64,000 nucleotides of DNA from Catajapyx aquilonaris (Eukaryota), in the NCBI GenBank assembly GCA_000934665.2, contig KZ537978.1:1-64000 (forward strand), written 5' to 3'. Made by a program: the position numbers and the translations under genes. Numbering within the stretch: position 1 is the first letter of the stretch; each line of letters begins with the position of its first letter. Positions 58,401 through 64,000 of this stretch are shown here, piece by piece. The notes under the pieces were generated by a model that saw only the letters and a list, made by a program, of their open reading frames with translations, was not told where the DNA came from and did not search any database.

Positions 58401-61400
58401 AAAAAAAAAAACACACGGTGGGTTTTAAAGCAGGGATAGTTTGGGAACCCGGTGCAGCCAACCTGTATAATTTTGCTTCTTGTGAAAGGTAGCATTATTT
58501 ACCGGATAAATAATGCGACGTCGCATGTGTTTGTGAACCGAGTTAATTACAACGCAATAAATCTGATGCAGTGTCCATTTTGGAGTGTCATGTCAGGCAT
58601 ATGTGTGCTAAGTGGTATCATTAGTCACATTACTCGCAGGGGCCGCATTATGCCCAGCGCATTGTTGCGTGTAACGAGCAGGCATATGAAATGGCTGCGG
58701 GCGTCTTCAAATCTGCAAACGAACACTGCCAATCCATTACTTGTCACCAGCTACTGCAGTGGGCCCCCCGTTATCCGCGGGTAACTGTATACTGCAATCA
58801 AAATATGGACCTATACATAGCTGAAAATTATTATTATTTAATTATTTTTAGTAAATATATTTTTTCGAACCGCATTGTATATCAAGTGAAGCAGTGGGCG
58901 AGTTTCGGTTGTCACCCTGCACTCACCCTGTACTACCTTGAACTTGTGTGTGTGCTAAGCATAGCAGCTGGATACGAGACGCAAGCCAATAATTCAGAGA
59001 TCGATGGCATGGAGAGGTAGGGGGTGGGCACAGCTCTCCATGTTGTTTTACGTGACCTCCTCCAACCTGGGCTGGTCACGACTACCAGCTTCACTAGCCA
59101 CCCCTCGCATGATAATGGCTGGGCTTGGCTCCTTAGTTTTATTTTCTTCCCCACGCTCTTTTATCCCGATCCACTATCTGACCCTTACTTAGCCACATGG
59201 CTTCTTGACAGGTAGCAAGCCTGGATGGCCATTATTATTCCCCTTTTTCCCTGGAGCACTAGAGTCTTTTTCGTCTGGCAGATTGTAAAATGACTCGTCA
59301 GGGTTATTATGTTGCTCCAATGGATTTCCAGGGATTTGCTTCTCGTTAGTGCTGGTAGCCTGACAGCATATCCGACGGGGCAATATTGTCGGTTTTAGCA
59401 CACAGTTAGGGAGCGGACGCATGATAGGCCGGGCATATTGGCGTTTTATCCGCACTCGGCCATGATGGTCCCGACGAATAAAGGGGGGGATTTTGGGTTT
59501 CAGAGCCCGAGGCCTATTCCGGGCCAAACTGATGAAAAATAATGTCGCACAAGGACGTGAACATGATTGCGTAGCGGCAGGTGCACAAAGATGGCGCGGC
59601 GAACAATGGAAAGCCAACCCCAAAAGTCGAAGGAGCATGTCTCCTGCCGCCATTTTCACTTTTAGGGGGGACCCGCCTTTCTGAGGAAGGGGCGGATATC
59701 CTGCGGTAAATCTGGCATCGAGTAGAGTACGGGCTAGGCCCAGGCGTGAAATCTACTAAATTCCCTAGAGGTGCACCCAAATCCGGGTTTCGGAGAAACC
59801 CCAACCATTATTCTCTGGAGTGAGCAGGCATAACCGAACACATCCGCTTTGGAGAGGAGAGGGGGGGGGGGAGGGATTGTCGGCCAATGAAGCGATAAAC
59901 TAGGCAAACCAATTTTCAGCTTGTGCCGCTGATTTCAATTAAAGAGAAATCAATGCAAATGAAAGAGCGTGCCAGAAAGGGTGGGTATGAACTGTGATGG
60001 ATTTGCCGCCCCGGACCCTGTTATTACTCGGATGAAAGTGAAATCCGATTCATAACCGTCTGATATACACCGGAGACCAGGTCAAAAACTCCCAATTTTT
60101 GAACATTCCGCCTTGTAACGGGCCCCCCCTCTGTATCTGCTGGGAATGGGGCACACCGTTCGTTTGCGAATTTAATTTCCTGCCGCCGTAATCAGGTGGT
60201 CTGGCACAAAGTCGCCTTTGGTAGGGCAATGGAGGTACGTAGAAATAGCGATAGTGATGAAACGGGAGGGGACCTCTAATCAGGAACGCGAGGTGAAATG
60301 GTGCAGAAGAGAAATGTGGTCGTGGGGTCGCGGAATGAAGTGCGCCTTCGTTCATTCCCTCGCCTGCTTGCCCAATGTTGGGTGGGGATCCTCCTGCTAT
60401 ATGTTGACATGGACCGCTGTATTGATTCGGATATTGGTGGTGCACAAGTGTTGGACCGACTTGAAGGATGCGTGCTGTCCGGGGGGATTTACAGATGCGG
60501 CGGAATAAGAAAAATATGGGATGCGACATGTTGGAGGACGATGAATTATTTAAACGCTTCCGGCCGACCGCCAGTTTCAAATATTGCCAACATGGAACTA
60601 CAACATTTTTCCATTACTGTTCCAATTGGAGCTAGTTGCCCTTAGGATGCGAAGCAGCAATCAATTTCTGCTACTGGTAGAGCGATGTGTGTTTGCCGGA
60701 CCGACTAAACTTTTCCATTAGGATCGCCAAAGGGATTGTTCCTCCACTTTTTGGGAGGGACTAGCTAGAGAGAGAAAGAAAAAGAAAAAAAAACTTGAAG
60801 CAACATCACGACGTGAACTCTGGTGAACTTCCCCATGAAGCTCACACCGCCATTTATTCCAGCGGCCTTAATGGGCCCGTCATAAGAGTCGCACGGTCAT
60901 CTTTTCCGCGACGTAAAGTGTCGGTGTAAATAACCTCTTAGCTGTCCAGATTGGCAAGTGTGACATCAGCTTGGTTTTTTTTCCCCTTCCAGGACGTGCT
61001 AGGACAGGTGGTGGTTGTGAGATTGCCCGATCCGGTGCTTCTGGGTGCCCGGGACTCTTCAGAAGGGGCATCGACTGACCTCCGAATCCTGTTGCTGTTG
61101 CTTCTGGGCTGTGCTGTCCAATGCCACATCAAGGAGCAGCTGATTGAACGGATCAAGGAGTTGGAGCTGCCCACCCAACATGCCATCGTTGACTGTATAC
61201 AGCAGGTCAGAGGGTCATTTCGCTTTTTCTGGTAGGAATGTTAATGAGATGCAAGGGATGGGTGGACCGCACAGGTGTTGAGATGGCGATGGTGTAGGTG
61301 GCGGGATGTGCTGGCCAATTGCGCGTGATTTATAGGGCGATTTATTTTTTAAATTTTCGGAGGGTGTCCGTTGCATTATCATGCAAATGAAATATTTGCC

Positions 61401-64000
61401 TGGGCAGGTGACTGAAAATCCGGAGATGGTGTGGATGCCCGAATGGAACGATTTGAACACCATACCCGAAGAGCAGCAGGAATCGTTTTATCGGATGCTG
61501 GTTCAACACATCCGACGGCTCGTTAAAGAAAGGGATGAGTTTGGACAGGTAATTAATTGCCACATATCCGCTAGTTCGGACGAATCGATGAATTGGCGCT
61601 TCTTTTGCAGCATGTGACCCAGCTGATTCTACAGGAACACTCTCAGGGAATCGAAAATGGGAAGATAAGATGTTCTGAACACATCACAAGTGCCAACTCT
61701 GACAAACATCACCAGGCGGTCGAGTTAGCCGACTGTAAGGCCAAGCTGAGGAGACTTAGACAGGAATTGTAAGACATCTGTCTTCTTCTCGTACAGTGCT
61801 GTGGTAGGAACTTGTTTATACTTAATGCTTTTGTTTGCAGCGAAGAGAAGTCTGAGGCACTTGCAGAGAACAGAGAAGAGCTGGAGCAAACGAAGATTCA
61901 GCTGAGTAAGCTCAGACAAGAGGTGAGCTTGCCTCCATTCTTTTCAAGCTTGAGAACAAAAAGAAAAAGGAAAAAAAAAACCGGAGCTTTGTAGCTTTTA
62001 AACTTGGGGGGAAACGTTTTAAGGCGAGTGAAGTTTGACGGCAGGTTCCATTAATTTCACTTTACAGAACTTAGAACTAGTCCAGGACGCCCGAGCCGCC
62101 AAAGCCTACCGGGACGAGTTGGATATCCTGAAGGAAAGAGCGCAAAAAGTTGACAAGTTGGAGGCGGAAATCCAGAGATATAAAGACAAGATAAACGATA
62201 TCGATTTCTATAAAGCCAGAGTAGAGGAGCTCAGGGAAGACAACCGAATATTGGTGGAGACCAAAGAGATGCTCGAGGAGCAGCTGGAGAACTCCAGGAA
62301 ACGCGCCGAACAGATGCTGGAACTGGAAGCTGACATAGTCAAGTGCAAGCAACAGATCAACGCTCTTACTCTGGTCAGATTAAAATCATGTTACCACTGC
62401 TCTTAGGGGAGTGAGTGACAACTGATTCCTCATTTGCAGGAGAGGGATGCAGATAGGGACAAGATCCAAGAGCTGATAGAGGAGAACTGCCAGCTGCAAC
62501 TCTGCACCAAGAACAGCCTGAATGAATCTGCCAATTTGGTGGCTGAACTGGACCTGCTGAAGGGGCAGGCTTCGGGCGTGGGTAACAACAGTCTGTCAGA
62601 GCAGCTCAGCAATGATGCAAATGCCCGTGTCTTGAAGCTGGAGTTGGAGAACCAGAGGCTGGTACATGTGATTGAGAATCTAAAGGAGTCGTCATTTCAT
62701 GAGAGTAGTGATCGACTTCTGGAACTGGAAAAGGAGAATAAGCGACTGTCACTCAAGGTATGTCATATTTAGATCAGCTGGTCATTGTAGACTACTTGTG
62801 GATGTTGTAATGTGGCGTTTTTATCATTTGTTAGCATTTTTAAAAGATTTTTCCTGTAGAAGCATTCCAGTCACATACAATTTTTTTTTTCAACATTTAA
62901 TGTTGTTAATATGGCACGATGGTAACTGCATTAGTATTGCAAATAATTTTCTACATTTGCATTACCAAAATTTGACAATAGAATGGACATGGACATAAAG
63001 CACATTATGTAAATAAGGTACAAATATATAAGCCATTAAGCCCTACAACATCCATGCTGGCCATAGGACATAATGGCAAGTGAAAAGTTACAGAGGTGAA
63101 TGCCAAACTCCAAACAGATATTTGTTAAAATTTTACCTAAACTATGATAACCAACTTAGTTCCCAAATAATGCACAGGTAGCCTAATTAAGATGCAAAGT
63201 TGGCTCTAGTGTGTACTTTGGTTGCAACATACTCGTGCATCATAATTGGGATTTTTTAAGAGTAATTTGGCAGACTCTCTTGTTCATGCTACACTTGCTG
63301 TTGCCACACAATGGTCTGCAAAAAATTGCTTATGACTAGTGCACCAACGATGCTGCCTCAAATTTCAAAACAGTGAAACAGTTTCATCTAAGATTTGCAT
63401 GAGGAATGTTTATGATCAGTGTATTTTTTTTCACCGTGACATTAACAGTGCTTTGGCCTAATTTTGATGCCTTATTTAGAAATATGGAAAATTTAAGTGA
63501 TTTGGCTGCAGTTCTGTGTGCATGTACAGTCTCATTCATAAAGAATGGTACAACTCTATGGACGAAATGTTTATCCTGATTATCGAGCATTATTCCCAAC
63601 CTTAATTCGACGAAACCCTATGGACAACCTTTTTTGGACCTCTGGCGACTCATATGACCCATCCCGATTTTTAAATAAAAATTTTAATTACTAAAATGTC
63701 AACCAGGTGCGATGCTTATGTAGATTTGATGGGAATTCTCCCTCCCCCTATACATTTCTTACTTTGCTTTGTTTTTTTCTTCTCTTTTTTTTATAATTTT
63801 GATTCCCTCTCTAAAACATGCTAGCGACCCAGGGGTTGAGAACAGGATGAACATTTCGTCCATATAGAGTCATACCATTCTTTATGAATGGTACTGTACT
63901 GTATAAATTATATCACTGAATGCACAGATTATGTTGTGAACCATGTTTGTAATCAATGGTTGCTTCAAATAGGTGACTCAGGTGCAGGAGAGCAGCCAGC
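13366..64000 (+). CDS. Girdin: Girdin/Daple family (CCDC88) HOOK-domain coiled-coil protein, 5' part; continues beyond the window
   Basis: Exons 13366-13419, 15241-15329, 34361-34466, 60993-61205, 61408-61548, 61611-61768, 61841-61922, 62068-62373, 62440-62757, 63973-64000+ join in frame. Hallmarks: GPLVTW, DLADGLLLNEVM, RIRNL..VV..VKAFY, LLLLLGCAVQC..KE..IERIKEL, VELADCKAKLRRLRQE.EEK, DARAAKAYRDELDILKERA.KVDKLE.EI.RYK, SLSEQL..DA..RVLKLELENQRL. Confidence 0.93.
14543..14792. mobile_element. Tc1/mariner-type MITE, near-full-length palindrome (Girdin intron 1)
   Basis: TA-flanked; ends CAGTGTG..CAAGTATTC.GGTCCTTTTAGTTAT.ACAAATTTC; inverted similarity extends to CCCTGATCGAGGTG. Confidence 0.85.
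15241..15329 (+). CDS. Girdin: Girdin exon 2 (IHTFQEKGGKNLKYDDLADGLLLNEVMLLI)
   Basis: CTAAT branch point plus CAG acceptor; donor AT|GTAAGT; HOOK motif L.DG..L..VM. Confidence 0.9.
34361..34466 (+). CDS. Girdin: Girdin exon 3 (DPQSSHSVISNSVEDTCSRIRNLDAVVRNVKAFYE)
   Basis: TTTGTTTCAG acceptor; donor GAG|GTAAGT; phase 2 to 0 fits neighbours; HOOK motif R..NL..+..+K.FY. Confidence 0.9.
48083..48199. repeat. Long hairpin / miniature palindromic element (54-bp arms, 9-nt loop), possibly PIF/Harbinger-derived
   Basis: GATTGCACCAACGAAAT...GTTAGGACAC (48083-48136) versus the reverse complement of 48146-48199: 4 mismatches. Confidence 0.8.
60993..61205 (+). CDS. Girdin: Girdin exon 4 (DVLGQVVVVRLPD...LLLLLGCAVQC...DCIQQ)
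   Basis: Strong polypyrimidine acceptor; donor CAG|GTCAGA; HOOK signature LGCAVQC. Confidence 0.95.
61408..61548 (+). CDS. Girdin: Girdin exon 5 (VTENPEMVW...LVKERDEFGQ)
   Basis: CAG acceptor; donor CAG|GTAATT. Confidence 0.9.
61611..61768 (+). CDS. Girdin: Girdin exon 6 (HVTQLIL...HHQAVELADCKAKLRRLRQE)
   Basis: TTTTGCAG acceptor; donor TT|GTAAGA. Confidence 0.92.
61841..61922 (+). CDS. Girdin: Girdin exon 7 (EEKSEALAENREELEQTKIQLSKLRQE)
   Basis: TTTGCAG acceptor; donor GAG|GTGAGC. Confidence 0.92.
62068..62373 (+). CDS. Girdin: Girdin exon 8 (NLELVQDARAAKAYRDELD...INALTL)
   Basis: TTTACAG acceptor; donor CTG|GTCAGA; conserved coiled coil. Confidence 0.95.
62440..62757 (+). CDS. Girdin: Girdin exon 9 (ERDADRDKIQELIEEN...KRLSLK)
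   Basis: TTTGCAG acceptor; donor AAG|GTATGT. Confidence 0.95.
63527..63896. mobile_element. Tc1/mariner-type MITE (Girdin intron 9)
   Basis: TA-flanked; about 50-bp TIRs CAGT..CATTCATAAAGAATGGTA..ACTCTAT(AT)GGACGAAATGTT.ATCCTG. Confidence 0.82.
63973..64000 (+). CDS. Girdin: Girdin exon 10, start only (VTQVQESSQ...)
   Basis: TAG acceptor at 63970-63972; frame continues the coiled coil; truncated by the window end. Confidence 0.65.

Noticed and set aside
55133..60645. Longer intronic ORFs (149-188 aa at 55133, 55239, 55247, 59189, 60050)
   Set aside because: Overlap on both strands, cross homopolymer runs, and show no domain motifs; consistent with chance ORFs.

Overview
Eukaryotic (most likely arthropod/invertebrate) genomic DNA carrying two spliced + strand protein-coding genes, both rebuilt by hand from GT-AG junctions. 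(1) 867-10398: a complete 12-exon, 541-aa luciferase-like / 4-coumarate-CoA-ligase-like acyl-CoA synthetase (ANL superfamily) with unusual motif substitutions and a C-terminus ending ...SKL-YS. Its introns hold an intact tRNA-Pro(CGG), three tRNA-derived SINEs that appear to have swapped 3' tails, and at least six MITEs, one nested inside a SINE. (2) 13366 to beyond 64000: the 5' part of a Girdin/Daple (CCDC88, HOOK-domain coiled-coil) gene, 10 coding exons visible. Two giant introns (19.0 and 26.5 kb) flank a lone 106-nt exon and are nearly free of recognisable transposons. Between the genes lie RFX X-box-like repeats, an 8-bp-TSD MITE and a CTCF-like motif. Almost all other ORFs in the six-frame track look like chance intronic ORFs. 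No prokaryote-type system (CRISPR, operon) is present. All calls are by eye, without database searches.
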